Shown: piece after piece, positions 12,436-24,771 of the stretch
Position numbering within the stretch: position 1 is the stretch's first letter
How the letters are laid out: each line of letters starts with the position of its first letter
DNA from: Vicugna vicugna
Taxonomy: Eukaryota
DNA length: 64,000 bases
Direction of reading: 5' to 3'
NCBI GenBank assembly: GCA_013265495.1
Contig: MU058824.1
Span: forward strand, 4,491,111 to 4,555,110
Translations under genes and position numbers: made by a program
Notes under the pieces: model-generated
The model's input: only the letters and a program-made list of their open reading frames with translations
What the model was told of the DNA's origin: nothing
Databases searched by the model: none

Positions 12436-13489
12436 GTAGGTGAGAGTTCTCATAAGAGTAGTCTTCAAATTTTTATTAGTGCAGTGACATTTCCAGCTTA
12501 TGATTTGATTTTTCAAAGGGGTTGAGACTGGAGAAGGGAAGAAATGAAACAATTTCAGTGGTATCACAAAGATTCAGGGCCATGCAAAACCCCTTCTTCC
12601 TGGGTCAGAAAAACCTAAAAGCAAGAAGCCTATGAAACTGTCTCACTTCATGGATTCTCCTAATTTCAGAGAGACTCCCAGGATGAGATGGTTCCATGGT
12701 TTCAGAGCCTCTTCTTGTACAACTCCAGGGAGCACCATTCACACTGTAACTATGGAAATGGCTAGTGTTGTCCTGTTGTTGTGCTCCAGAGAGTGACATT
12801 TTTATGGCCTACAATGAAAATGGAGCCTGTGGTCCTGTGACCTGGCCTCAGAGGAGCCTCATGGGCTGAGCAGCCCAGACTTTCTGAGCCCTCCCTGTCC
12901 CCTTCAATAAGAGCAGCTCTGCATTATACATGGGGGTTCTGAATTTAAGAGAACAGAAGTTCTCTTTCATACAAAGTTTGAACATCATTTATCTCTTCCA
13001 ATCCCAACACAGAATAGGGTAACCTGAGGGTCTAGGAGAGGGAAGAAGTACTGAAATCTACTTAGCAGGTCAGAAGGTTAAGCACAATGGAGCCCAAGTC
13101 TCTGGGCTTACATATCTGATGTATTTGCAGATTCAGTGCAGTTCCAGAAGGAAGCTGACCACCATCACATGAACAAGAAAAACTTAGAAAACCGACTGCT
13201 TGGCTCAATATGTTCAAGAATTTTCTAATACTCTAGAGTCTGCAAATATGGAGTAGGCTGTTTGGGAATGCAGTAGACTCTTTATCTTTAGAGGAAATCA
13301 AGCTGAAGTTGAAAAGCCATGGATCAGTGTGGTGCAGAAAAAGAACTACAATGGAGACAGGGTTGGACTAGGTAACTTGGGGAGCATAATCAATGGTACG
13401 ATATGAGTCTGGTGACAAAAGGCTCAAGGACTGTTAATGTCCACGGATTTTTGCATGATCACCAAGGGGGAATGTTATTAAAATAAAAT

Positions 13490-13720
13490 AAAATAGATGC
13501 TGCTTAAAGGTACAAACTTGCAACAAGTAGTAAATAAGTCAGTGATCTAATGCATAGTATAATGAATATAGACAACATTGTACTATAATTATGTAATGTG
13601 ATAAATACCACAGCAGCAATCATATTACAATAGATAAATGTATCAAAGTACCAGATGGCACGCCTTCAATTTACACATTATATGTCAAATATATTCAACA
13701 CAGAAAAAAAAAAGAAAAAA
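13490..13720 (+). mobile_element. L1 3' end with A tail
   Basis: ggtacaaacttgca...gatctaatgcatagtata...ttatatgtcaaatatattcaa followed by an A-rich tail. Confidence 0.7.
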
Positions 13721-14153
13721 AGCACTGCTTAGTTATCCAAGAGAACTAGATTTTCAGAAACTGTGATCGACTGTGGGTTTTTGGAGACAGTTCTCTGTCT
13801 ATCCTGACTGAACAACAGATTCGACTGCTAGGAACATATCAACACTTCCTGAGCACAAAGTCACCTTGGAGACCTCCCCCCTTTCCCTTGCATCTCTTTG
13901 TGTCCAGTCCTCCTTTTGTCCTTAAAAGCCCAGCTGGATTCAACATCATTAAAGGAGCCTTCTATGACCCCTGTTCTACCAATACTCTGCCTGCCATTTT
14001 GGATGTTTTGGCCTCTCCTGAATCCTTCTGTTTCCCCTCCCTGCCAGGTTGTGAGCCCACTTAAGCCATGGGTCACCCCTGTTCCTCAGAGGAACTGTCA
14101 CATTCACACACTGGGTGCTCAACAAGTGTTTTGGTGGATGATGTTTAGACACA

Positions 14154-14227
14154 GATGGACGGATGGATGGATGGATGGACGGAATGATGGATGAGTAGAC
14201 AGGTGGATGGTCACACAGATGGATGGA
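14154..14227. repeat. (GATG)n-type simple repeat
   Basis: gatggacggatggatggatggatggacggaatgatggatg... Confidence 0.85.
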
Positions 14228-14706
14228 AAGCCCTGAAGCTGGTGTGGCTAATGAGAAAAAAGATCTTGGGAACAATAGGGATGTATTTTCTGAGAAAATG
14301 ATCTGTATTCACAATTAATGATTTCCCTAATACCTAGTACAGAGTGGGAGAACATGGAACAAACTTACAGTCACATTTCCAATCAAAGTTTAATGAGATG
14401 AATTGCCATATAGACCACAGAACCACTAAAATGAATATGTTATGTGTCTTGTCTCTGATTGGAATGCATTAAAAGATCAGAATCATCATTTTAAACACCG
14501 TAAACCTGATGTCCTATGGCCCCAAAGTAATTTCTGATTTTATTGCTCTTTTCTTGGAAAGAAACAGAGACCATGGATTTCAGAACTGTTTTCTGCTCAC
14601 TCAGCCTGACTAGAACTCCAGACCAGATGCCCTGGACCTACACAAGACAAAGGATGTTGAGTTTGGACCTCTGAGCATTTTATTCAGTTTAAAGAGAAGA
14701 CACACC

Positions 14707-15666
14707 ATGGAAAGTGCCAACCAGACTGCTTCCGTGACAGAGTTCATTCTCCTGGGCCTCTCAGCCCACCTGAAGATGGAGAAAACGTTCTTTGTGCTCA
14801 TCCTGCTGATGTACCTGCTGATCCTGCTGGGAAACGGGGTCCTCGTCCTGGTGACCGTGTCTGACTCCCACCTGCACACGCCCATGTACTTCTTCCTGGG
14901 GAACCTCTCCTTCCTTGACATCTGCTACACAACCTCCTCCGTCCCCCTCATTCTTGACAGCTTCCTCACCCCCAGGAAAACCATTTCCTCCTCAGGCTGT
15001 GCCATGCAGATGTTCCTCTCCTTTGCCATGGGAGCCACAGAGTGTGTGCTTCTGGGCATGATGGCGTTTGACCGCTACGTGGCCATCTGCAACCCCCTGA
15101 GGTACCCTGTGGTCATGAGCAAGGCTGCCTACGTGCCCATGGCTGCTGGCTCCTGGGCAGCTGGAAGTGCTGCCTCCATGGTTCAAACATCCCTTGCAAT
15201 GAGGCTGCCCTTCTGTGGGGACAATGTCATCAACCACTTCACCTGTGAGATCCTGGCTGTCCTGAAGTTGGCATGTGCTGACATCTCCATCAATGTGATC
15301 AGTATGGGGGTGACCAATGTGATCTTCCTGGGGGTCCCTGTGCTGTTCATCTTTGTCTCCTACATCTTCATCCTCACCACCATCCTGAGGATCCCCTCAG
15401 CTGAGGGGAGAAGAAAGGCCTTCTCCACCTGCTCTGCCCAACTCACAGTCGTGGTCGTCTTCTATGGGACCATCCTCTTCATGTATGGGAAGCCCAAATC
15501 CAAGGATCCTCTGGGAGCAGACAAACAAGACCTTGCAGACAAGCTCATCTCCCTCTTCTACGGGGTGGTGACCCCCATGCTCAACCCCATCATCTACAGC
15601 CTCAGGAACAAGGATGTGAAGACTGCTGTGAGGAACGTGGTGAGTGAGAAACACTTCACCTGGTGA
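14707..15666 (+). CDS. Olfactory receptor, OR13C7/OR2S2-like (OR37-type), 319 aa, copy 2
   Basis: Uninterrupted 319-aa ORF, Kozak accATGg, NQT sequon, [35 protein letters not shown], and the long EC3 loop ([18 protein letters not shown]). TM6 motif reads [10 protein letters not shown] (His to Gln). Confidence 0.93.
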   Translation: MESANQTASVTEFILLGLSAHLKMEKTFFVLILLMYLLILLGNGVLVLVTVSDSHLHTPMYFFLGNLSFLDICYTTSSVPLILDSFLTPRKTISSSGCAMQMFLSFAMGATECVLLGMMAFDRYVAICNPLRYPVVMSKAAYVPMAAGSWAAGSAASMVQTSLAMRLPFCGDNVINHFTCEILAVLKLACADISINVISMGVTNVIFLGVPVLFIFVSYIFILTTILRIPSAEGRRKAFSTCSAQLTVVVVFYGTILFMYGKPKSKDPLGADKQDLADKLISLFYGVVTPMLNPIIYSLRNKDVKTAVRNVVSEKHFTW

Positions 15667-15828
15667 TGTTAGAGGAGAGATGTCCCTGTAGTTCTGTGCC
15701 TCTTGGTCACTTTCATCCATGAATCTCAGAAGAATGTGTCTCCCAAAGAAATTACATATGAAGAGTGACCAGAAAAATTGAATTACACATGTAATGGAGA
15801 GTTTTAGCTGTTACTGAACCTAATTTTT

Positions 15829-15930
15829 AATTTTATTTATTTGTTTATTTTTCATGGAGGTACTGGGGATTGAACCCAGGACCTGGGGCATGCCAAGCAA
15901 GCGCTCTACCAGTGAGCTATACACACTCCA
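15829..15930 (-). mobile_element. tRNA-derived SINE (Vic-1-like, camelid)
   Basis: Reverse complement ...tatagctcactggtagagcgcttgcttggcatgccccaggtcctgggttcaatccccagtacctccatg plus A-rich tail (A and B boxes). Direct repeats acctaattttt at 15818-15828 and 15932-15942. Confidence 0.85.
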
Positions 15931-15937
15931 GACCTAA

Positions 15938-17129
15938 TTTTTTTTTAACATTTTTTATTGATTTATAATCATTTTACAATGTTGTGTCAAATTTCAGTGT
16001 TCAGCACAATTTTTCAGTCATTCATGGACATATACACACTCATTGTCACATTTTTTTCTCTGTGATTTATCATAACATTTTGTGTATATTTCCCTGTGCT
16101 ATACAGTATAATCTTGTTTATCTATTCTACAATTTTGAAATTCCAGTCTATCCCTTCCCACCCTCCACCCCCCTGGCAACCACAAGTCTGTATTCTCTGT
16201 CTATGAGTCTATTTCTGTCCTGTATTTATGCTTTGTGTTTGTTTGTTTGTTTGTTTTTGTTTTTTAGATTCCACATATGAGCGATCTCATATGGTATTTT
16301 TCTTTCTCTTTCTGGCTTACTTCACTTAGAATGACATTCTCCAGGANNNNNNNNNNNNNNNNNNNNNNNNNNNNNNNNNNNNNNNNNNNNNNNNNNNNNN
16401 NNNNNNNNNNNNNNNNNNNNNNNNNNNNNNNNNNNNNNNNNNNNNNNNNNNNNNNNNNNNNNNNNNNNNNNNNNNNNNNNNNNNNNNNNNNNNNNNNNNN
16501 NNNNNNNNNNNNNNNNNNNNNNNNNNNNNNNNNNNNNNNNNNNNNNNNNNNNNNNNNNNNNNNNNNNNNNNNNNNNNNNNNNNNNNNNNNNNNNNNNNNN
16601 NNNNNNNNNNNNNNNNNNNNNNNNNNNNNNNNNNNNNNNNNNNNNNNNNNNNNNNNNNNNNNNNNNNNNNNNNNNNNNNNNNNNNNNNNNNNNNNNNNNN
16701 NNTGCAGAAGCTTGTAAGTTTCATTAGGTCCCATCTGTTTATTCTTGCTTTTATTTCTTCTAGGAGAAAATTTTTGAAATGTATGTCAGATAATGTTTTG
16801 CCTATGTTTTCCTCTAGGAGGTTTATTGTATCTTGTCTTATGTTTAAGTCTTTGATCCATTTTGAGTTGATTTTTGTATATGGTGTAAGGGAGTGTTCTA
16901 GCTTCATTGTTTTACATGCTGCTGTCCAGTTTTCCCAACACCATTTGCTGAAGAGACTGTCTTTATTCCATTGTATATTCTTGCCTCCTTTGTCGAAGAT
17001 GAGTTGACCAAAAGTTTGTGGGTTCATTTCTGGGCTCTCTATTCTGTTCCATTGGTTTATATGTCTGTCTTTGTACCAGTACCATGCTGTCTTGATGACT
17101 GTCACTCTATAGTATTGTCTGAAGTCTGG
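15938..17129 (-). mobile_element. Young 5'-truncated L1 (lineage-specific), spanning an assembly gap
   Basis: Open ORF2 fragment [24 protein letters not shown]...[10 protein letters not shown] (17105-16703), C-terminus LENVILSEVSQKEKEKYHM, 3' UTR and T-tract. Ns at 16347-16702. Confidence 0.93.
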
Positions 17130-18249
17130 TGAAACCTAAAACCTGGTAGGAGTGTGACTTGAGGGGATGGAAGTGGAATGCTGTTGAAAAGAACAATTCA
17201 TGATTTGTCTGATTCTCTACTGGGCAAGTCTGAATTCACCTTTGGAAGCACGCTGCTCCCTCTCTTTGAGAAAAACAGCTCAGTGCACCTTTGTGTCACA
17301 TAAAGATTAAAAATCTCACTCTAAAAAGGTTGCACTGAAGACAGTGTGGGGCAAAACTTCAAGACACAGCAGTAAGAAAAATGGTCTTCATTGCAGGAAA
17401 TGGCCCATCTTCAACTTTTATTTTTCTTGGAGGCAAGCCTGAAGATGAAGTTAGCTTTTATCCTTTCCCTGAGACTCAGCGGAGTTGGGACCTTGCAGAT
17501 TCCACGGAGGGCATTTCCTATGAGGGCAAGTAAGGTAGATCCTGCAACACACATGTGGAGGATCATAGTCTGGGCGCGCTCACAGCTAGTATCTGTATTT
17601 AAGCTTTGTTTTCCTCCCCTAGGTAAGTCTTAAGTACACACTCTGACTCCATAGACTGGAGGGTTAAAGGATGGATCTATGGGAGAGAGCAGAGCCGGGG
17701 CGCCACAGGGATCCGACGGAAGCTGAAGTCAGGAAGGGGAGATGTGACCAGCAGAAGATGGAACAAGGTGGCCGACTGATAAAACTGAAAGGCAGAGCCA
17801 GCTCACTGTGTACCTGGCAAGAGGTCCAGAGGTAAAATGTGTGAGGATCTCAGTCAGTAGTGACACAAAAGGGGGCAAAGATATCGTTAAGGAGAGAAAT
17901 TGCCTCTTTTTCCTTGAAGAAATTGGATGTTCGTATTTTCCGGAGAATCAAAACTTTCTAATGAAAACAAATGCTCTCAGCCTGCCTTGCTTGGGCGTCC
18001 TGGGCTCCTCCTGCCTGAGGCATGGTCAGCCTCTCTCTTGGGCCCCACAGAGCTCCCTGCCCATCCTGGATGGAAATGTGGACACAGTCACTGAAACAGT
18101 CTCTTGGGCTGTGGGAGTGCAGGGGTGTGTTCCTGTTTCACCACCTCATACCCAGTATTATCTGTCCCACTCGGGTGTGAACTGGCCTTTCCTACTGAGC
18201 ACAGAGCCCCTCTGTGCCCTTCTTAGCTCACTACAGGGAGGAGGACCTC

Positions 18250-18641
18250 AACACAGGATTAATTCGGACCTTGGTCAATTAAGAACAGAAACTCCTGAAC
18301 CATCACGAAGGCTCTAAGTCAATATGCCTCAACCATTGCTTTTGCTCTCTTCCTAGAAAGAAGTTAAAGGATCACGAGACCATGATTTACTAGTTTGCTT
18401 TGCAGCAATACATAGATGAGTCACAATCACCAATGACACATCGAAGTCACAAGATGGTACCTGGAAGTCTGCAACTTTGCTTTGGGCAGGACAGCAAGGT
18501 GGATATGAGACGAGACTAGATCTCCCATCTCCCAGTTTGACACCTCCTCAACCTAATAAACATTTCTCTTCTCCAAACTAAGACATTTTGGTTTGTTTGG
18601 TTTCATTGTGTGTCAGGCACATGAACTTAGGTTCAAAAACA
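18250..18641 (+). mobile_element. ERV-like LTR fragment
   Basis: AATAAA followed by ttggtttcattgtgtgtcaggcacatgaacttaggttc...aaca, resembling an LTR U5 end. Confidence 0.45.
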
Positions 18642-18879
18642 CTATTAATATATCTGAAAATCCAAAGTAATTAATTACTATTATCAATTATCTAGCATTT
18701 ATATTTCCCCAAATGTCTTATAAATGCTTTAATTATTTCAATTTGTTTATTTGAACTGAAATCCAAATTATACATTATAATTGGTCTCTTTTACTCTATA
18801 GTTCTCTTCTCTTTTTTCTCTCCCTCTCCATTTTTTAATTTACATTTTGGGGAGAGGAATAGTTTCTCACTATGGGAAA

Positions 18880-20310
18880 CTGTAGAGTTTACCAAAGAGT
18901 TCTGCTACCAATTTCAATGTGAGTGTAGAGTGGAGGGGGGTTTCCCACTTCCCACCAAGCAATGCTCAGACACCAGCTGAGGGTCCTAGAATTGGACTAA
19001 ATTCTTTCACTATCTGAGACAGGAGGGAAGAGGGCAGGGCACAACCACTGAAGGAATGAGCAATTGAGGATAGGACATACACTGGGTAGAACCTAGATGG
19101 TAGAAGATTTGACTTCCAGTGGACCTTGAGCCTCATGGCACACCCACAGGTGCCAAGACAGTTCCATAGCTGACGATAAAAGGCCAAAAAGTGAGTGGGG
19201 CCCAATTCCTAGAAATCCCCTGCCCCTTTCCCAACATAGCTGGAATGATCCTCCAACTTGTTAGCATATGAAATTACCCAGCCCATAAAAATTAACCACC
19301 CCCACACCTCATGGCCGTTCTCCCTTCTGAGACAGCCAGCACTCTGTGTATGGAGTGTGTGTCTCCCTGAATAAATCTACTTTCACTTTACTACGGCTCT
19401 CTCTTGAATTCCTTCCTGCATGAGACAAGAACTTATTCTCCGGTAACTTATCTACCTGGAGATAGCATCAGACTGCTATCTGCTATCAGACTGCTCTCTG
19501 CCCTGCCTCCCCTACTTCAAACATTAGTTGCAAGTCCAGGTTGTCACCTGTGCTTCTGATTGACCAGTCATAGATTGAAGGTTCCAACGACCCCTTACTT
19601 GGGTTTGATTAACTTGATAGATAGGCTCACAGAACTTGGAGGCACATTTTACTTACTGTATCACTGGTTTATTATAAGAGGATATAACTCAGGGACAGCT
19701 AGATAGAAGAGATGCATAGGGCAAGGTATGGGGAAAGGGCATGGAGCTTCTGTGCCCTCTCCAAACACACCACTCTCCCAAATCTCCACATGTTCATCAA
19801 CCTGGAAGGTCTCCAAACCATAACCTTTGGGTTTTTATGGAGGCTGCATATAGGAGCAGGACTGATTAAATCATGGCCCATTAGTGATTAATTCAACCTC
19901 CAGCCTTTCTCCCCTCCCAGGAAATCAGGAGGTGAGACTGAAAGTTCTAACCCTCTATTTAGGGTTGCTTACCCTAGCAATCAGCTCCATTCTTAAGTGC
20001 TTCAAAACTCATCTAATTAACATAAACCCTATTGTGGTTGAAATGAGCTTGTTATGAATAACAAGACACCCATTTCACCTTTATGATGCTAAAGTGTTTT
20101 TCAGGAATTGAGGATAAAAGACCAAGTACTATGAGGAAAGTTGCTCCATTGCTATTATCACCCAAAAAATTTCAAGGATTTTAAGAGCTGTGAAGGGCCT
20201 TGGCAACTATGAGCCAGGAACAATGAACAAAGACCAAATATATATGAGAAATATATTTTGGCCATCTGAATGAACAAATATGTATTTCTTATAAATCATA
20301 ATATCACATT
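18880..20310. mobile_element. MER21-like LTR element interrupted by a second LTR
   Basis: gacaccagctg...ctatc|tacctggagatagcatcag...ggttgtcacctgtgcttctga...ggctcacagaact...gaagagatgcatagggcaagg match MER21. Confidence 0.75.
19015..19448 (+). mobile_element. MER41-like ERV1 solo LTR
   Basis: Starts TG, ends AACT (decayed AACA), 4-bp TSD TATC at 19011-19014 and 19449-19452, internal AATAAA. TTCCTAGAA at 19206-19214. Confidence 0.75.
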
Positions 20311-20646
20311 ACCATAGTCTGCATTTTGCTGATTACAGTCCTATAGTACTTGTCCCTGTATTTCCTATAAATTGGTGATTAGATCTAAATACTTGACAGG
20401 TTTTTGTTTCAAGCGTAGTGATGAGCTCATGGCTCCTGAGATCTTCTAACAGTCCCCTAGTATCTTTGATGGCTTCCTTGCCTTCTGGTTATGTCAAGAT
20501 GTTTGACGCTCAACATGTACAATTCCTCTCCAGACCTGGAAACAACCATTTTCCCTAAGGAGCTCTTATTCCTTTAGTGGGGATTGGTATTTAGAACCCA
20601 CAATCTGGGTGCTAGGGGTGCTACTGAGTTTGTCAGTTTCTAGGCC

Positions 20647-21568
20647 TGATACTGAGCAGGACTCTGTGCCCCACCCCCTTATTTATAGAAACCCAAAGTC
20701 TCCCAGACCTCCCTAAGTCATAGAAGAGCAGGCTCAAGCAGGTGATTAGGACAAGCCTGCAGGCATTGGGGAGATGGTAATAACTCTAAAAACCTATCTC
20801 AGCAATTCACTGAGATTGCTCCCCCATTTCCCTTTAAAACTTTCATGGCTGAACAGAATCTTTGGGAATGGGTTTTTTGGGGTGACACTGGGTCCACCAG
20901 ATTGCAGCCATTCTGATTAAAAGCAAATTTCCTTTTGGTTACCAAGGCTGTTGCCCTCAGGATCATACCCCTGAGGGTGTGATCATACTGCTCCATCAAA
21001 TAGAAACCAATTACCCATATCTAAGTCTCAGGAGGCAGTTGAAAAGAGAAGAAATAAGAACTTGTTAGAACCAGTGGAGCCCAAGATGGTGGAGGATTTG
21101 ACTTCCAGTGGACCTTGAGTCTCATTATACACTCACTGTAATGTAATAGCATGCTAAATGACACACCAACCAGTGCCATGACAGCTGACAACTGCCATGA
21201 CAAGAACCAGAAAAGCCGATACAAGGACTGAAAAGCCTGTTTAAGGACTGATTGGTTCCATAACACCCAGAAGGAGAACATGATGGCAGAAGCCTCCCAT
21301 GAAAGTCCACATGGCCTGACCCAGGCTGCACCTGTCTCTACTGGCCATCTTGGCTGATGGTTTTCCGCTGGAGCCCTTCCTTTCCCCGCTCAAGTGCTTT
21401 TCTTTCCTTCTCCCTATCTGACCACTTTCCTTCCTTTTCCTCTTTTGAGAAATAAAGCAGTTTTTTCACTTCATCCCTCTGCCTCTGCTGTGAAATCTTT
21501 CATAGCTGGTGGCAAGGATCCACACTTTGGTGGCCCTCCTAATTTAGGGGTCTCACTATCCACTAACA
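20647..21568 (+). mobile_element. Composite ERV1-type LTR(s) inserted in old L1
   Basis: TG...AACA termini with near-TSD GGCC/GACC. The 3' half shares gatttgacttccagtggaccttgag with the LTR at 19015 and is homologous to 44570-44912. Confidence 0.65.
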
Positions 21569-22504
21569 GACCTTTTCAGTTGGAAGAGAATACATACATA
21601 CAATTCAAATTAAGATCTACAGAATTTTTACTTAACCTCATTGACTTCATACCTGTATCTCCTTCTCCCAAATACTATCTCCTCATTCCAGAAAAGTATG
21701 GAGAGGGCTTAAAGTTACACCAACATAAGAAGGTGCCAAGAGCTGACATGGGCACAGGCCTTGAAAGAGGAGAAGTGAGTCAAGTTGTCCCTGTGATGTG
21801 TGCATTCCCATGTGCCTGACAGTACTGGTACCAATAATAACAGATGAAGCAATGGTTTGGGCCCTTCCACCTGTCCCTGAGCTTTCCACAGGAGACCCAA
21901 GCCCCCATGAATAGAGTACTGGGGGCTGACGGGCTGAGAAAGAGTTTGAGGAGAAACCCAAAGAGTTGGGAGAGAGACTCCAAACCAGAACCTCAAGGCA
22001 TCTTGCAGCTCAGGGGTGACTTTCCAAAATCCTGGTGAGAAAGCAGTTGCCAGCCCTGTTCACCATGGGTGGCCTCTGGCAGAAAAAAAAAAAAAAAGGC
22101 ATGTGGTGCAGATAAGAAGGAAGCTGGCAGATCTCCTCTAAATAAGGCAAAAAGTCCTGAATTCTGCAACCTTGCTTTGCTTATGATAGAGGTTCTCAAA
22201 GTTTAAGAGCCACTTAGAAAAGAGAGGTTTGCTAAATATTTGAAAGGGTGTAGTCATAGCCAGGATTTAGGTATCTAGGGTCAATAGTGTCCTAGGTTTT
22301 AAAATCATGTTTTCTTATAATTTACGCTGTATGTCTGTTTATTTATTCATAAAATGTATAGATGGCCTACTGCACCAATATGCACATTATAAAATGTTTA
22401 CAAAAACAGAAATTAAAAAGATGGGACAGAGATAAAATAAAATACAAAAAAAGAGCTAACACAAAGCAAAGAAAAAAAATAAAGGTAGGTCACAAATTCA
22501 CTTA

Positions 22505-22680
22505 TTAATTCATTCATCAACTACTCATCAAGTGCCTACTGTGAGCCAGGTCTAGCTTTTATACTAAGGATATATCTGGGAACAATGCAGGAAAAAAAAT
22601 CCTCTGCTTCTGTGAAACTTACATTCTAGCAGGAGAGAAACAGACAAGAAACAATGACTAACATACATAAGAAAATAATA
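22505..22680 (-). mobile_element. L2 fragment
   Basis: attcattcatcaa...agtgcctactgtgagccagg...cttacattctagcaggagag. Confidence 0.65.
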
Positions 22681-23609
22681 GCGCCTGTTAGAAACTGCAT
22701 GGAATCAGGCCTGAGGCATTAAGGAGAACTGAACACATGCATCTAATGTTGCTTTTCCTGAAATCCACAAAAACTACAGTAATATTTTTTTGTTTAATTT
22801 TTGTTTTTAATGACAAGATCACAAGGTTAAGGAGAAGAAAGGAGACATCAGAGTGATAACATTCTGAAGGCTGGAAAGTGAGTGGACTAGTAGCCATTTC
22901 CATAGCAGATCTGATAGAGTCAAATCCTAAGCCAGAAACTAAGACAGCCACAACCAGACCTATAGCACAGAAGACTCACTGTACCAGGTCCCTCAGACCA
23001 GGAATGAAAAGAGGTGCTGCTAAAATAAGGAGGATTAGGAAAAAATGTATAATAAACAAAGTTCCTACATCCCCTCCCTTATTATATGACATCGGTCAAC
23101 TTTCCCCTGTCTACCTCAACAAAAAGTTTATTCTCTGGAGAGGATAAAACACATACACCTAAGAAAGTCTTCAAACAAAAAGACATCACTTCTGCAATCA
23201 ACTAGCCTTTTTTAAGCCCACGGCTGCTGTACCTGTGAAACTGTTGGCAGGAGCCAGGACCAGATTCATTTATGACTCTCCCAATGCCCTGTGAAGGCCT
23301 GGCCTCTGGTAGGTGCTCAGAATCTATTTGGTGGGAGACAGACAAGACAAAACCTTCTAGGTCACTTGCTTCTTTCCATCCCTGAGATCCTGAATTTGGA
23401 AATGCTGGGGCTGCTAACAAGGATTTGTCCTGTACAGTGGGTTCACATTCTCCCAGATCTATTATGGGCTCTGCTGAGAGTTCTCATTGACTGAGGGGTT
23501 TATGTTAATTCCAGCAGGACCAGAATGACCCTTCTTCTCTAATGCCTCCCTGTAGCTCAGCAGGATGGGTACAAAGGGAGGGAGAGGGAAGAAAGTATTT
23601 CTGGAGGAC

Positions 23610-23660
23610 TTCAGAATAATTGGATCTTGGGGACATAATCTCAGATGTATAAAGTTTCTA
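23610..23660 (+). promoter_or_regulatory. Putative OR promoter for copy 3 (homeodomain + O/E-like + TATA)
   Basis: TAATTG 23617-23622, TCTTGGGGA 23625-23633, TATAAA 23648-23653; paralogous to 12100-12150. Confidence 0.65.
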
Positions 23661-23679
23661 AATTTTGTCACTTAAATGC

Positions 23680-23937
23680 CTCAACTTTAAATTACTTCAG
23701 GGACTAGAATAATCCCAATAGCAAGGTGCCATTTAAATGGCTTCATATATGCAATGGACGGTCCTTTGTGGATTTTTCCGAAACACAGAACAAAGACAAG
23801 AAAACTTAGCTTTCACCCATTTCGGGTGCTCACTCCTCTGGCTGCTACTTTCAGACCAGATTGGCTATTTTCAGCCTCTGGACTATTCCCAAACCACAGA
23901 AAAGTGATTTTCCTTATTGAGCTATTTACAAAAAAAG
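23680..23937 (+). other. Putative non-coding first exon of OR copy 3 (start approximate)
   Basis: Homologous to 12170-12435; ends in donor AAG|GTAAGA (GT at 23938). Confidence 0.5.
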
Positions 23938-24771
23938 GTAAGAGAGCACTTTTAAAAGAATATGTAAACTCTTGTGGGCCCAGCCCCATTCCTGGCTCCA
24001 CCCTTGTGACTAAGTGGCATGGAGGGAACTTGAAGGAAAAGGAAAAGGACATCTCAGGGGTGTGAGAAAGCGCAAGAACAAGAGATTCCTGAGGTCACTT
24101 GGTCCCTGGGATGGAATACCTCTAAAAATAAATCCATTCCAGAGTGAGTATTAGGGAATCAGAGGCCCAGAGAGGGAAAGGAACTTAACGATTGCCAGGC
24201 ACTGGGTGGTTGGCAAAGGCCAGTTCTTTGGGTAAATGCACCTGAGGAGTCTGGCAGGTGCGTGAAGGAAAGAAGGAATGAGTATCCCAGAGGTCTGGGC
24301 ACTGTGAGAGAAAACTGTGTGAGAGGAGGAAGGTAATATCCAAAAGTGCTTGAAGAGGGGAATGGTCAGGAATAGAGGATGAAAATGATCAGTTATTTCC
24401 AACCTGTCTTACACCCTAAAGGCGGGAAAATCATACAAATGTAATATAACACTTCTCATAAAATTGATTAAAATGAATTGGCCACACATGGTATAACCTG
24501 AAGTAAATGTGTAATGTCAATCTTGAATATGATTAGAAAAATTCTGTCCACTCCGGTGACACGTGAAACACCTCTACAGGCAGCCAAATATCACAAAGTA
24601 GATTTTGATCAATTTCTCTCCATTTTACTTAGAGTGACCCCTAGGTTGCAAGAGCTGTTCTCTAGCTGCTCAGCAGGACGAGTTTCCTCACTGGCTTTCT
24701 GGCCACTTTAGGCATCAGAAAATCATGAAGTTGGCTTTTTGAATTCCTGCAAGTTACAGAGGAGAGGCACC

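Noticed and set aside
14610..15720. Recurring antisense ORFs over the OR genes ([11 protein letters not shown]..., [10 protein letters not shown]...)
   Set aside because: They are shadows of the OR codon structure, repeated only because the paralogues are similar.
16264..17105. Long ORFs crossing the N run
   Set aside because: Artefacts of the assembly gap; the real residues are L1 ORF2 fragments of a truncated element.
24739..24771. TTG-initiated N-terminal extension of OR copy 3
   Set aside because: ORF-finder alternative start. The ATG at 24772 has a Kozak context and aligns with the paralogue starts.
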